A DNA stretch of 64,000 nucleotides from Gemmatimonadota bacterium (GCA_026705925.1 JAPOZT010000019.1:49878-113877); one strand, 5' to 3'; shown: positions 16,650-27,357, counted from the stretch's first letter. The notes: generated by a model from the sequence alone, not told the origin. Program-made: numbers and translations.

Positions 16650-18509
16650 ATGCCTTCCCGTTGGGAACGAATTGAAGAAGGTATCTACCGATTTCAGGAC
16701 AGCTGCATCGTCTATGCCGTCGAAGGACCGGAGGGGGTCGTGCTGGTCAACGCCGGCACCGGCGAGGCCGCGGACCACCTCGACGAGATCGCGGGCGGCA
16801 GGCCGGTGACGGTCCTGCTTACCCACCACTTCCGCGACCACACTGATGGCGCCATCAGGCTGCGCGAGAAGGGGGTCCGGATTCTCGGCCCGTACTGGGA
16901 CCAGGAGTATCTCGTCGACCCGGAACAGCATTTCCGCGAACGGCAGCACTGGAACTCCTACGACAACCGGTGGGACCGCTTCTCGCCCGTCCGGCCCGTG
17001 CCGGTCGACGGCTGGATGATGGATTACGAGACGCGCGGCATCGCGGGGCTGTCGTGGGAGGTCGTGCCCACGCCCGGCATGACCAACGGCGCGAGCAGCT
17101 ACGTTGTCACTGTTGGCGGCCGGCGCATCGGATTCGTGGGAGAAGTGATCTGCGGGACAGGGAAGACGACCCGCCTGGCGCCGCTGCAATACAACTACAA
17201 CGACTATACCGGCGCGTGGAACCTGTACCACGCTGTCAACCGCCTGCTTGCTGCCGAGGCGGACCGTCTGCTCCCGAGCCTGGGGGACCCGGTGGACGAC
17301 CCGGCCGACGCCATCGCGGCCTTCAAGGCGAACCTGAAGCGCCTCGAGGAGATCCAGCCCGGTGTCGCCGAACCGATGGAGGATGCGGACGAGGACGATA
17401 TCGAGGAAGTCCTGCCGCACCTGTACCGCTCGAAGTATGCCGGGGCGGAGACCCATTTCGTGATCAGCGACACGGGCAAGGTCATGTCCATCGACTACGG
17501 CTACAACGTGAAGACCGGGTTCCAGCCCGGCAAGTCACATGTATCCAACCGAAGGCCGATCCTTCACGGGATCAACGGGCTCAGGAAGCGCTTCCGGATC
17601 GACCGAATCGACGCGACGCTCGTCTCCCATTTCCACGACGACCACGTCAACGGCATCCCCATGCTCCAGCGTCTCTACGGGACGGAGGTCCTGGCGGGCG
17701 AACAGTTCAGCGACCTGCTCGAGCACCCGGTGAAATACGACCGGCCTTGTCTCTGGCACGAGCCGATCCGGGTGGCCCGGCACATCCCCAACGGGACGAC
17801 CGTCCACTGGGAGAACATCCCCATCACGCTGTATCCCATGTCGGGACACACCCGCTTCGCCACGTTGATCTGCATGGAGATCGACGGGACCCGCGTAGCC
17901 CATACGGGCGACCAGGCCTTCTTCAACACGGGGGGCGGCGTGGGCTACGAGGCCGGCGCGCGCATGTTCACCAACCACGTATACAAGAACGGGCTCGACC
18001 TGGGGTGCTACAAACGGTTCCTGAAAGATCTGAAACGCTTCGAGCCCGAACTGGTGATCACGGGCCATACCCGCCCCTACCGCACGTCTCCCGAATGGTA
18101 CACCGAGATCGACCGGGCCGCGACGGCCTTCGACGAAGTGCACACCACGCTCATGTTGCTGGATGACGACACGGCCCACTTCGGCGCCGAGTCTCAGGGC
18201 GGCAAGCTGGTGCCGTACCGGGCCCACGCGCCCGAGGGCGGACCGATCGAGTTCAGCGGATGGGTGCTCAATCCCTTCCCCACGGAACAACCGGCTCGCA
18301 TACGGCTGGTGGGTCCCGAAGGCTGGCAGAGCGAGACGGTGACCCTGTCCCTGGGTCCACGGGAACAGAAGGAGATCCGCCTGGTGCTTCACGTTCCGGA
18401 GGGCACGCAATGCCGGCGGCAGCCCGTAGCGCTCAACCTGACGGTGGGCGGGCGGCCCTTCGGGCAGGTGACCGAGGCCCTGGTGACGGTGGGGATGGCG
18501 AAGTGGTGA
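16650..18509 (+). CDS. tandem double MBL-fold metallo-hydrolase
   Basis: Two metallo-beta-lactamase HxHxDH-type motifs (LLTHHFRDHTDG and VSHFHDDHVNG). Start moved to ATG 16650 with AAGGAG-N9. Confidence 0.65.
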   Translation: MPSRWERIEEGIYRFQDSCIVYAVEGPEGVVLVNAGTGEAADHLDEIAGGRPVTVLLTHHFRDHTDGAIRLREKGVRILGPYWDQEYLVDPEQHFRERQHWNSYDNRWDRFSPVRPVPVDGWMMDYETRGIAGLSWEVVPTPGMTNGASSYVVTVGGRRIGFVGEVICGTGKTTRLAPLQYNYNDYTGAWNLYHAVNRLLAAEADRLLPSLGDPVDDPADAIAAFKANLKRLEEIQPGVAEPMEDADEDDIEEVLPHLYRSKYAGAETHFVISDTGKVMSIDYGYNVKTGFQPGKSHVSNRRPILHGINGLRKRFRIDRIDATLVSHFHDDHVNGIPMLQRLYGTEVLAGEQFSDLLEHPVKYDRPCLWHEPIRVARHIPNGTTVHWENIPITLYPMSGHTRFATLICMEIDGTRVAHTGDQAFFNTGGGVGYEAGARMFTNHVYKNGLDLGCYKRFLKDLKRFEPELVITGHTRPYRTSPEWYTEIDRAATAFDEVHTTLMLLDDDTAHFGAESQGGKLVPYRAHAPEGGPIEFSGWVLNPFPTEQPARIRLVGPEGWQSETVTLSLGPREQKEIRLVLHVPEGTQCRRQPVALNLTVGGRPFGQVTEALVTVGMAKW

Positions 18510-18614
18510 AGCTGCCGAGGCGGTCGTGTATAAAGTTCAGTTATTTCAATAATTTATAGCTGATATTCACGGAAGTTATAACTGGTATCGTCAACAACCC
18601 GAAAGGAAGGATCC

Positions 18615-19697
18615 ATGATCGGTCAGACCAGCTTGGCGTCGCTGCCCTCGCTGCGCGTTTACGACAGCCGCCGGATTTCCAGCTGGAATACTTCAGGTGA
18701 AAACGCCGATTTCTGGCGCATCGAAGCCGGCGAGAAACGGGTCATCGGCGAGATCAACGAACCGGGATGCATCAAGCATCTGTGGATGACGCTGGGGCTG
18801 CCGGCCGAGGACTACTGCCGCCGCATCGTGCTGCGCATGTACTGGGACGGCAGCGCGGAACCGAGCGTGGAGTGCCCCATCGGTGATTTCTTCGGCCTCG
18901 GCCACGGCATGCGCAAGGACTTCATCACCGCCCCGCTGCAGATGAGCCCGCAGGACGGCAAGGGGTTCAATTCCTGGTGGCCCATGCCCTTCAGGGACAA
19001 GGCCGTGATCGAAGTGGAGAACCAGGGGACCGAGGGATACAACCACTATTTCTACATCGATTACGAGACGTATCCCACGGCCGAAGCGGTGGCCGATCAG
19101 GCGTATTTTCACACGCAGTGGCGGCGGGAAGCCAACACCCGGGGATGGGCCTACGAGGAAGGACTCAAGCCGGAAGCCTACCGGAACGACCCGCGCTGGG
19201 CAAACTTAAGCGAGCGGGAAAACTACGTCATCTGCGACGTCGAAGGAAACGGCGTCTACTGCGGCGCCCACCTGGACATCGACTGCTTCCAGCGGAATCC
19301 GAACGACTGGTACGGCGAGGGAGACGACATGATGTTCATCGACGGCGAGGCGTGGCCGCCGTCGCTGCACGGGACCGGCACCGAGGACTGGTACCATTGC
19401 GCCTACTGCCCGACCGACGAGTACAACGCGCCCTATCACGGCATCATCCTCTACAGCGGCAACGACGAGTGGCGGTGGAAGGGCAAGAACACGGTCTACC
19501 GCTACCACATCGAAGATCCGATCCGGTTTCGAAAGAGCTTCCACATCTCCATCGAGCACGGTCACGCGAACAAGCTGAGCAACGATTACTCAAGCACGGC
19601 GTACTACTACCTCTCCGAACCGCGGCACGGCGGACCGGCCCTGCTGCCAGTCGAGGACCGGATTCCGCGTCCGGACGAACCGCACTACGGAGAGTGA
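18615..19697 (+). CDS. DUF2961-like protein (glycoside hydrolase family 172-like), copy 1
   Basis: 360 aa, RISSWNTSGEN...GPGCIKHLWMT... No signal peptide. Family assignment from memory, moderate. Confidence 0.5.
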   Translation: MIGQTSLASLPSLRVYDSRRISSWNTSGENADFWRIEAGEKRVIGEINEPGCIKHLWMTLGLPAEDYCRRIVLRMYWDGSAEPSVECPIGDFFGLGHGMRKDFITAPLQMSPQDGKGFNSWWPMPFRDKAVIEVENQGTEGYNHYFYIDYETYPTAEAVADQAYFHTQWRREANTRGWAYEEGLKPEAYRNDPRWANLSERENYVICDVEGNGVYCGAHLDIDCFQRNPNDWYGEGDDMMFIDGEAWPPSLHGTGTEDWYHCAYCPTDEYNAPYHGIILYSGNDEWRWKGKNTVYRYHIEDPIRFRKSFHISIEHGHANKLSNDYSSTAYYYLSEPRHGGPALLPVEDRIPRPDEPHYGE

Positions 19698-19735
19698 CGG
19701 GCGGACCACGTCCACAAACCTGCAAGGGAGGATCC

Positions 19736-20815
19736 ATGATCGGTCAGACCAGCCTGGCGTCGCTGCCCACGCTGCGCACGTACAGGAGCCACCGGATTTC
19801 GAGCTGGGACACGACGGGCGCCAACACCGACGCCTGGCGGATCGAGGCCGGTGAGAAACGCGTCATCGGGCAAATCGACGGCCCCGGCTGCATCAAGCAT
19901 ATCTGGATGACGCTCGGGATCCCGTCCGAGGACTACTGCCGGCGCATCGTGCTGCGCATGTACTGGGACGGCTGCGCGGAGCCGAGCGTGGAGTGTCCCA
20001 TCGGCGATTTCTTCGGCCTGGGTCACGGCATGCGCAAGGATTTCATCACCGCCCCACTGCAGATGAGCCCCCAGGACGGCAAGGGTTTCAATGCGTGGTG
20101 GCCCATGCCATTCAGTGAAAAGGCCGTGGTGGAAGTGGAAAACCAGGGCGACGAAGGCTACTTCCACTACTTCTACATCGACTGCGAAGCCTATCCCACC
20201 GTTGACGCGGTGGCGGATCAGGCGTATCTTCACGTACAGTGGCGCCGGGAAGCCGACACGAAGGGCTGGGCCTTCGAGGAAGGGCTCAAACCCGAAGAAT
20301 ACCGGAACGACCCGCGCTGGCTGAATACGAGCGACCGGGACAACTACGTCATCTGCGACGTCGAGGGTGACGGCATCTACTGCGGCGCCCACCTGGACAT
20401 CGACTGCTTTCAGCGGAACCCGAACGACTGGTACGGCGAAGGCGACGACATGATGTTCATCGACGGCGAGGCGTGGCCCCCGTCGCTGCACGGCACGGGT
20501 ACCGAGGACTGGTATCACGGCGCGTACGGCCCTACGACGGAGTTTCAGGCGCCGTACCACGGGATCATTCTCTACAGCGGCAACCCGGACTGGAGATTCA
20601 AGGGAAAGAACACCGTCTACCGGTATCACATTGAAGATCCAATCCGGTTTGAGAAGAGTTTCCGCATGTCCATCGAGCACGGCCATGCGAACAAGCTGAG
20701 CAACGATTACTCCAGCACGGCCTACTACTATCTTTCCGAGCCACGGCGCGGCGGTCCGGCCCTGCTGCCGGTGGAAGAACGCCTACCGCGGCCGAACGAG
20801 GAGCGGTACGGCTGA
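19736..20815 (+). CDS. DUF2961-like protein, copy 2 (tandem paralog, about 85% aa identity to copy 1)
   Basis: Same N-terminus MIGQTSLASLP and same RBS context (gaRggatccATG) as copy 1. The ORF-track long ORF 18977-20815 is an out-of-frame run-through of copy 1. Confidence 0.5.
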   Translation: MIGQTSLASLPTLRTYRSHRISSWDTTGANTDAWRIEAGEKRVIGQIDGPGCIKHIWMTLGIPSEDYCRRIVLRMYWDGCAEPSVECPIGDFFGLGHGMRKDFITAPLQMSPQDGKGFNAWWPMPFSEKAVVEVENQGDEGYFHYFYIDCEAYPTVDAVADQAYLHVQWRREADTKGWAFEEGLKPEEYRNDPRWLNTSDRDNYVICDVEGDGIYCGAHLDIDCFQRNPNDWYGEGDDMMFIDGEAWPPSLHGTGTEDWYHGAYGPTTEFQAPYHGIILYSGNPDWRFKGKNTVYRYHIEDPIRFEKSFRMSIEHGHANKLSNDYSSTAYYYLSEPRRGGPALLPVEERLPRPNEERYG

Positions 20816-20844
20816 GGGCAAGCAGTCCCATCACGGAGGTTCAG

Positions 20845-21699
20845 ATGTTATCCCAGGAGCAGGTTGAGTTCTACCACGAGAACGGTTACATGACCGTCGA
20901 TAAAGTGCTTTCCGACGCTGAGGTCGCGGATCTCCAGCAGGTGACGGACGAATTCGTTCAGAAAGCGGCCGCCTTTACCGATCACACGGATTTTTACGAT
21001 CTCGAGCCGGGTCACACATCGCACGATCCACAGGTGCGCCGCCTGAAGAGCCCGATCGACCATCACGACGTGTACATGCGCACCATCAAACACGACAACA
21101 TCCTCGACATCGTGGCGCAGTTGATCGGCGACGACATCCGGACCAACGGCAACAAGCTGAACATGAAGTCCGCCGACTACGGCAGCCCGGTGGAGTGGCA
21201 CCAGGACTGGTCCTTTTATCCCCACACCAACGACGACATTCTGGCCGTGGGCGTCTGCATCGATGAGATGACCGAAGCCAACGGCGCCCTGCTGGTGATT
21301 CCGGGCTCCCACAAAGGCCCGACTTACAATCACCACCAGGACGGACGGTTCTGCGGCGCGGTGACCGATCCCGATTTCACCGCGGAAAACGTCGTGGCGC
21401 TCGAAGTGCCCGCGGGAGGTATATCCATCCATCACGTCCGGACACTGCATGGTTCAGCGCCGAACTATTCGGGCGCACCACGGCGCTTGCTCTTGTTCCA
21501 GATGGCTGCCGCCGACGCGTGGCCGCTCACGGGAGCGGGCGACTGGGACGCCTTCAATGGCAACCTCCTCCGGGGCGAACCGACCAACGTGCCGCGCATG
21601 GCCGACCTGCCCGTACGCATGCCTCTGCCTGGTCCGGAACGAGGCGGCTCGATCTACGAGACCCAGTCGGTCCTCGAGAACAAGACCTGGGCCCGGTAA
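20845..21699 (+). CDS. phytanoyl-CoA dioxygenase family, copy 3
   Basis: WHQDWSFYPHTNDD...PGSH...HHVRTLHGSAPN: 2-His-1-carboxylate PhyH pattern. Confidence 0.7.
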   Translation: MLSQEQVEFYHENGYMTVDKVLSDAEVADLQQVTDEFVQKAAAFTDHTDFYDLEPGHTSHDPQVRRLKSPIDHHDVYMRTIKHDNILDIVAQLIGDDIRTNGNKLNMKSADYGSPVEWHQDWSFYPHTNDDILAVGVCIDEMTEANGALLVIPGSHKGPTYNHHQDGRFCGAVTDPDFTAENVVALEVPAGGISIHHVRTLHGSAPNYSGAPRRLLLFQMAAADAWPLTGAGDWDAFNGNLLRGEPTNVPRMADLPVRMPLPGPERGGSIYETQSVLENKTWAR

Positions 21700-21739
21700 C
21701 CAACCTCTGCGGTAACGGAATCGGCCCGGTGAAGGACGC

Positions 21740-22228
21740 GTGGTGGTGATCGACTCGGCCCACAGTGAAGCGGAACGCAGGCAGCCGATCCTGTTTTTCG
21801 ATGGCGTGTGCGGTCTCTGCAACCGGTTCGTCGACTTCATGCTGTGGTCGGATAGCCGGCATCGGTTCCGGTATGCGCCACTGCAGGGCGTAACCGCTCG
21901 ACGCCTGCTGGGGGTGGACGGCGAGGCCGGGGACCGCCAGCCCGAGGGCGGCAAGGCAGGCGACCAACAGGCCGGCCGCGAGGCGGTCGAACCCCGATCT
22001 TTCATTTTCCTCGATACAGACAGGTGTTTCGAACAGTCCAATGCCGTTTTGCACGCCATGGTACGACTGGGCGGTGCATGGCGGCTAATTGCCGTGCTCT
22101 ACGTTTTTCCACGTCCCCTGCGCGATTTCGTCTATCGCGTCGTCGCGCGCAACCGGTACCGCTGGTTCGGCAGGCGCGACGCGTGCAGGCTGCCTACACC
22201 CGATGAGCGTGCTCGGTTTCTGCCGTGA
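21740..22228 (+). CDS. DCC-family thiol-disulfide oxidoreductase (DUF393)
   Basis: ILFFDGVCGLCNRFVDFMLWSD...RFRYAPLQG signature. Confidence 0.7.
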   Translation: MVVIDSAHSEAERRQPILFFDGVCGLCNRFVDFMLWSDSRHRFRYAPLQGVTARRLLGVDGEAGDRQPEGGKAGDQQAGREAVEPRSFIFLDTDRCFEQSNAVLHAMVRLGGAWRLIAVLYVFPRPLRDFVYRVVARNRYRWFGRRDACRLPTPDERARFLP

Positions 22229-22314
22229 CGGGCGACACCGGTTGAAGTTTCGAACAACGGTTCGTGTCCTGACCATTCGGCCTGTGTCGTCCCTCTCCTC
22301 GCGATCATTCCATC

Positions 22315-23196
22315 ATGACCGCCAGATACACTTCTGATAATCATCCCTTCGTGACCCCCGACCGGGTCAACGTGCTTCCGAGCAAGCCCGCGGATGTCCG
22401 ATCGTCTTACGGTTCAGAGCCGCCCCAATTCGGTGAACTGCGGTTGCCGGCCGGGCGCGGTCCTCATCCGGTGGCCGTGGTCCTGCACGGTGGCTGCTGG
22501 CTTTCGGTCTACGCGGACCTGCGCAACGCGGATGCGCTGGCCGACGCAATTCGGGACGAGGGCGTCGCGACCTGGAACGTCGAATACCGGTGCGTGGACC
22601 AGGAAGGCGGCGGATGGCCGGGGACCTTTCTCGACGCCGGGAGCGCGACAGACCACCTGCACTCGCTGGCCGCCGATCACGACCTCGACCTGAACCGCGT
22701 CATCACCATCGGTCACTCGGCGGGCGGCCACCTTGCCCTCTGGACGGCGGCACGCCACCGGCTGCCTGAGAAAAGCCCGCTCTGGACCGCGGACCCGTTG
22801 CCATTGCGCGGCACCGTCGTACTGGGCGGCCCCGGGGATCTGAAGCGATTTGTTCCTCAAGCGGACGCGGAGTGCCGGCAAGGCGTCGTATCGGAACTGC
22901 TTGGGTGTCCTGGCGTATCATCCGAAGAGCTTGAGCAGCGCGTGGAAGGGCGATTCAGGTGCGGATCTCCCGCGGATTTGTTGCCCCTGGGCCTTCCGCA
23001 GGTCATGATCAGCGCGGAACACGACTGGGTTGTGCCGCCCGAACTGGGTGAGGCCTACGCGACGGCGGCCCGTTTGGCCGGTGACCCTGTCGAGCACGTC
23101 ATCATCCCGAATGCCGGCCACCACGAGTTCATGGTACCGGGTTCCGTGACGTGGCCCGCCGTACGCCAGGCCGTGCATTCGTTGATCGAACACTGA
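22315..23196 (+). CDS. alpha/beta-hydrolase fold esterase
   Basis: VVLHGGCW oxyanion region, GHSAGG nucleophile elbow, C-terminal His. Confidence 0.7.
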   Translation: MTARYTSDNHPFVTPDRVNVLPSKPADVRSSYGSEPPQFGELRLPAGRGPHPVAVVLHGGCWLSVYADLRNADALADAIRDEGVATWNVEYRCVDQEGGGWPGTFLDAGSATDHLHSLAADHDLDLNRVITIGHSAGGHLALWTAARHRLPEKSPLWTADPLPLRGTVVLGGPGDLKRFVPQADAECRQGVVSELLGCPGVSSEELEQRVEGRFRCGSPADLLPLGLPQVMISAEHDWVVPPELGEAYATAARLAGDPVEHVIIPNAGHHEFMVPGSVTWPAVRQAVHSLIEH

Positions 23197-23282
23197 AACA
23201 GTTTGCTGGCCCGGTCGATAACTGTCTGCTGGTCCGGTCTACTAATCTCTGAATGTCAGGTCCATTATCGAAAGGCCAGGTC

Positions 23283-23669
23283 ATGCCCAACATCACCGTT
23301 AAACCCGACTGCAAGAACGCGCCGAAAAAGGCCCTGTTGCGTGACTTCATCTCCGCCTTCGCGCACGCCGATATCGACGGGGTCCTGTCGCCGATGAGCG
23401 ACGATATCGTCTGGAACCTGGTGGGTGACAGCGTGATCGAGGGAAAAGATAATGTCCGCGCATTGCTGGAAGCGATGAAAGGCGTTGGAACGAGCGACCT
23501 GGTCATCGAATCCATCATCACCCATGGCCGGGAAGCGGCAGTCAACGGCGTGATCCGATCAAACTCAGGCCAGGCCCACGCCTTCTGCGACGTCGTTCAG
23601 TTTACCAGTGCGTCGAGCATGAAGATAAAGACCATGACCTCCTACTCAATCGCCCTAGACGATGAGTAG
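23283..23669 (+). CDS. SnoaL-like / NTF2-fold protein, copy 2
   Basis: About 128 aa, alpha+beta cone pattern. Alternative upstream start at 23253. Confidence 0.45.
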   Translation: MPNITVKPDCKNAPKKALLRDFISAFAHADIDGVLSPMSDDIVWNLVGDSVIEGKDNVRALLEAMKGVGTSDLVIESIITHGREAAVNGVIRSNSGQAHAFCDVVQFTSASSMKIKTMTSYSIALDDE

Positions 23670-23795
23670 GCCTAGCCGACCAGGAACGCCCCGTACGAGG
23701 TGGACGCGTACCTGTCCTAGCTTCCGGAAGCGCAAACGGAGAAGGCCTGCGGGCGCGTCTATTGGAGTTGGAGGTTGTAAAAAGGAGGACCCAAA

Positions 23796-23999
23796 ATGAC
23801 AGAACGAAGATCCCGTCCCCAAATGCCCGCATTCGTGAAGGCTTTGGTCGCTATGATGTTCGGCATCCTGGCCGGCGGCGCGATCAATTTCATGCTGGGC
23901 GAGCAAGGCGCGGATACGCCTGCCTTCGCGATCTACGGTGGGGCGCTTGCGCTCGTGATCTACGTTATTCAGGCCAGGCTAAGGTCGCGTAGAAAGTAA
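23796..23999 (+). CDS. small 2-TM membrane protein
   Basis: AAGGAGG 7 nt upstream of ATG. Two hydrophobic helices. Confidence 0.5.
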   Translation: MTERRSRPQMPAFVKALVAMMFGILAGGAINFMLGEQGADTPAFAIYGGALALVIYVIQARLRSRRK

Positions 24000-24055
24000 C
24001 TGCCGGATGTCTGCGGCTGGTGACCCTGGGCTGGCGATCACTGTTCGGCCGAACG

Positions 24056-24508
24056 CTACGTATCGAGTCTCAGCGTCCAGTTGTTCCACTTGCAGTCCGG
24101 CTGTCCACCCAGGGACCGGTAGAATGCCTCGGCGTCGACGTTCCCGGTCATGACTGTCCAGATGACTTCGGACGCGTCCATAGACCGGGCATGCGCAGTC
24201 ACCAACGCCATCAATGCCTTTCCCACGCCCATACTCCGGGCAGCCTCGGCAACAAACAGCTCTTTGAGCACGAGCTTCGGACGCAAGGTGTAGGTCCAAT
24301 GGATCGGATAGGTGACCGCCATTCCGACCAGTTCATCGTCGTGTTCGGCAACGAACGCGGTGAACAGCCGCTCATCGCCAAATCCGTGCTCGAGGATGCT
24401 CTCCCGCGTCACGGCGAACTGGTCGATGTAGTCTTCGTACCGCGCCAGCCCCATCATGAGTTCGAGCAGGCGATCGGTGTCTTCCGGAACGGCTTGTCTG
24501 ACGTGCAT
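24056..24508 (-). CDS. GNAT family N-acetyltransferase
   Basis: RSMGVGKALM acetyl-CoA binding motif. Immediately downstream of hisC. Confidence 0.65.
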   Translation of the reverse strand: MHVRQAVPEDTDRLLELMMGLARYEDYIDQFAVTRESILEHGFGDERLFTAFVAEHDDELVGMAVTYPIHWTYTLRPKLVLKELFVAEAARSMGVGKALMALVTAHARSMDASEVIWTVMTGNVDAEAFYRSLGGQPDCKWNNWTLRLDT

Positions 24509-24538
24509 GTGGAATCGTCCGACTTCGGGGGAACGCAC

Positions 24539-25630
24539 TCAATCCTGCGTGGCCAGCACTTCCCGCAGCGCCTCGAGAAAGGCGTCATTTTCTTCCGGCA
24601 GTCCGATCGTCACGCGCATGCCCCGCTCCAGCATGGGATAGCGGCTGACGTCGCGGATGAGCACGCCCCGTTCGATGAGGCCGTGAAAAACCCCGGCGAC
24701 CAACCGGTCCGTCTCGAACAGGACGAAGTTGGCGTGGGAAGGATAGGGCTTGATGCCCGGCAGGTCCCGCAGGGCTTCGAAGACCCGTTGCCTTTCCGAC
24801 CGGATCAACGACGTACGTTCCTCGATCAGTACATCCTGGCCGATCAGCATTCGTGCCGTGATCAGGGAAATGATGTTGACGTTGTAGGGAAGTTTGACTT
24901 TCTCGATCTCCCGCGCCACGGCAGGATCGGAGACGAGATATCCCAGCCGAAGGCCGGCCGCGCCGAGGGCTTTCGAGAAAGTGCGCGTGATCACCAGGTT
25001 GGGATGGCGTTCCAGCAGTTCAATGCACGATACGCCGACGAACTCGAAATAGGCCTCGTCCACCACGACCAGGCCCGCGGTCGCGTCGGCGATCCGCGCC
25101 GTATCTTCCGGTGTGATCATCGAGCCGGTCGGGTTGTTCGGCGAACACAGCACCACCAGCCTGACGTCCGAATGAGCGCTTTCTTCCGCCAGCCGATCGA
25201 CGTCGAAGCTCAAGTCGCGCTTGAGGTGTACCGTTCGGATCTCGGCGCCCGCGATCCTGCCCATGAGCGCGTACAGGGTGAAGGTCGGCGCGGGCAGCAC
25301 GACCGCATCGCCCGTCGAGACCGTCGCCTGGAAGATCGACTGGATCAGTTCGTTGGAGCCGTTACCGATCAGGACGTGCTCGGGACCCAGCCCGTGCCGC
25401 TCGCCGATGGCCGCCTTGACCTCGCCGGGCACAAAACTTGGATATCGGCCCCAGTTGCTCGCCAGGGCCTCGTCCACGATCTCCCGCTTGAGTTCCTCGG
25501 GCACGTCGAAGGGGCATTCGTTCTGGTTGAGCTTGACCGGGCAGTCCGGCTGGACCAGCGTGTAACCGGACATGGCGCGGACCGCCGCCTTCACCCCGGT
25601 AACGTCGGCCTTTCGAAGCTTCTGATCCAT
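24539..25630 (-). CDS. hisC: histidinol-phosphate aminotransferase
   Basis: Class-II aminotransferase with LNQNECPF, NPTG, TFSKA(L/Y)GLAGLRLGY lysine motif. Confidence 0.85.
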   Translation of the reverse strand: MDQKLRKADVTGVKAAVRAMSGYTLVQPDCPVKLNQNECPFDVPEELKREIVDEALASNWGRYPSFVPGEVKAAIGERHGLGPEHVLIGNGSNELIQSIFQATVSTGDAVVLPAPTFTLYALMGRIAGAEIRTVHLKRDLSFDVDRLAEESAHSDVRLVVLCSPNNPTGSMITPEDTARIADATAGLVVVDEAYFEFVGVSCIELLERHPNLVITRTFSKALGAAGLRLGYLVSDPAVAREIEKVKLPYNVNIISLITARMLIGQDVLIEERTSLIRSERQRVFEALRDLPGIKPYPSHANFVLFETDRLVAGVFHGLIERGVLIRDVSRYPMLERGMRVTIGLPEENDAFLEALREVLATQD

Positions 25631-25643
25631 GGTGCGGCCACCG

Positions 25644-26513
25644 TCAGTAAATCACCTTGTTCAGCGGATATTCCACCAGGCCCTGGGCACCGGCCCTTTT
25701 GAGCGCCGGGATCAGCTGCCGGATGGTGTGCTCCTCGATCATCACTTCGATGGCCACCCACTCCTGATCGGCCAGGGGGGATATGGTCGGGTTCTGCAGC
25801 GCGGGCAGCAGGGCGGACACGGCGTCGAGGTCGGTACGCTTCACGTTCATCTTGAGGCCGACCATCTCCTCGGCGAGCATGGCGCCTTTGAGCAGCAGGG
25901 CGATGTTCTCGATCTTGCGCCGCTTGTCCGGATCCTGCCAGCTCGTCTTGTTCGCGATGAGCCGGTTGGTGGACACCATCAGGGTATCGATGATCCGAAG
26001 CTTGTTGGCCCGGATCGAGCCGCCCGTTTCGGTGATTTCCACAATCGCGTCCGCCAGTTCCGGGGCCTTGGCCTCCGTGGCGCCCCAGGAAAACTCCACC
26101 TTCGCGTTCACACCGTGTTTCTTCAGGTAGTCTTCCGTGATGTTGACGACTTCCGTGGCGATGCGCTTGCCTTCCAGGTCCTGGACACTGTGGATGTCCG
26201 AGGCCTCGGGCGCGGCCAGCACCCATCGCAGGGGCTGCCGGGTATGCTTGGCATAGACCAGCTCCGCCACCTCCACCACGTCCGCCCCGGTCTCCACGAT
26301 CCAGTCCTTGCCCGTTAGCCCCGCGTCGAAGACCTCGTCCTCGACGTAACGGCCGATCTCCTGCGCCCGGATCAGCATGATCTCCAGTTCTTCGTCGTCC
26401 ACCCAGGGGGAATAGGACCGGCTGCTGACCGTGCAATGAAAACCCGCCTTGCGCATGAGCTCGAAGGTGGATTCCTGCAGGCTTCCTTTCGGCAGCGCCA
26501 GTTTGACTAACAT
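25644..26513 (-). CDS. hisG: ATP phosphoribosyltransferase, long form
   Basis: [13 protein letters not shown]-terminus, catalytic core, C-terminal regulatory domain. 13-nt gap to hisC. Confidence 0.85.
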   Translation of the reverse strand: MLVKLALPKGSLQESTFELMRKAGFHCTVSSRSYSPWVDDEELEIMLIRAQEIGRYVEDEVFDAGLTGKDWIVETGADVVEVAELVYAKHTRQPLRWVLAAPEASDIHSVQDLEGKRIATEVVNITEDYLKKHGVNAKVEFSWGATEAKAPELADAIVEITETGGSIRANKLRIIDTLMVSTNRLIANKTSWQDPDKRRKIENIALLLKGAMLAEEMVGLKMNVKRTDLDAVSALLPALQNPTISPLADQEWVAIEVMIEEHTIRQLIPALKRAGAQGLVEYPLNKVIY

Positions 26514-26691
26514 CTTAGTATGCTCCTCGTGACTCTTGTAGGGATCGATTCCCTTTGTTACCTTCTATGATCTGCCCTTCACAAAGCCGCCTGAAAATAG
26601 CACGACACGCCGGGAATGTCCATTACTATTGAAATCAGCACCCAATCGGGATCGATCACCTCTTCACGCTGACGCCGCATCATTCGAACAA

Positions 26692-27357
26692 ATGAAACCA
26701 ACAAACACCGCCGTGATATTCGATATCGACGGGACCCTGGTCGAGAGTTCCGGTTTCGAAGACGACTTGTACATCGCCGCCGTAAGAGATGTATTGGGAG
26801 ATGTGTGCATCCGCAAAGCGTGGAATACATACAGACATGTAACCGATTCAGGCATTCTGCGTCAGATCATGGAAGAGCACCGGATTCGCGGCAAGGACCG
26901 AATTCGGGAGGTCCGCTCCAGGTTCGGCGACAAGGTCGGCCAGTACTTCCGCGACGGAGGCGAATGCAACCCGACGATTGGGGCGATCGACCTGATCGAC
27001 GAGCTTCGCGCAGCCCCCGGATTTGCCGTCGGATTCGCCACCGGTGGATGGGGCCAAACCGCCCGAATGAAACTCGAACATGCTGGATTCAACCTGAAGC
27101 ACGCCGTCCTGGCTTCCAGCGATGACGGCCACGAACGGACGGTGATCATGCGGAAGTGCCTGGATACGCTGGATGCCAAGGGGAACTCCTTCCAGCGAAT
27201 CGTATACGTAGGCGATGCCGAATGGGATGTTCGGGCGACCCGGGAACTGGGATGGCATTTCATCGGCGTCGGACCGCGGCTTAAGGGCAGGTGTACATGC
27301 TGGGTCGAAGACTTTTCGAACCAGAAGGTATTTATGGAGATGCTGCATGCTCGTTAA
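26692..27357 (+). CDS. HAD-superfamily hydrolase, copy 1
   Basis: FDIDGTL motif I, GDAEWD motif IV. Confidence 0.7.
   Translation: MKPTNTAVIFDIDGTLVESSGFEDDLYIAAVRDVLGDVCIRKAWNTYRHVTDSGILRQIMEEHRIRGKDRIREVRSRFGDKVGQYFRDGGECNPTIGAIDLIDELRAAPGFAVGFATGGWGQTARMKLEHAGFNLKHAVLASSDDGHERTVIMRKCLDTLDAKGNSFQRIVYVGDAEWDVRATRELGWHFIGVGPRLKGRCTCWVEDFSNQKVFMEMLHAR

Noticed and set aside
18977-20815. 612-aa ORF spanning both DUF2961 copies
   Set aside because: Its first about 250 codons are an out-of-frame read-through of copy 1 (Arg/Gly-rich nonsense). The real second gene starts at ATG 19736 with the same RBS as copy 1.
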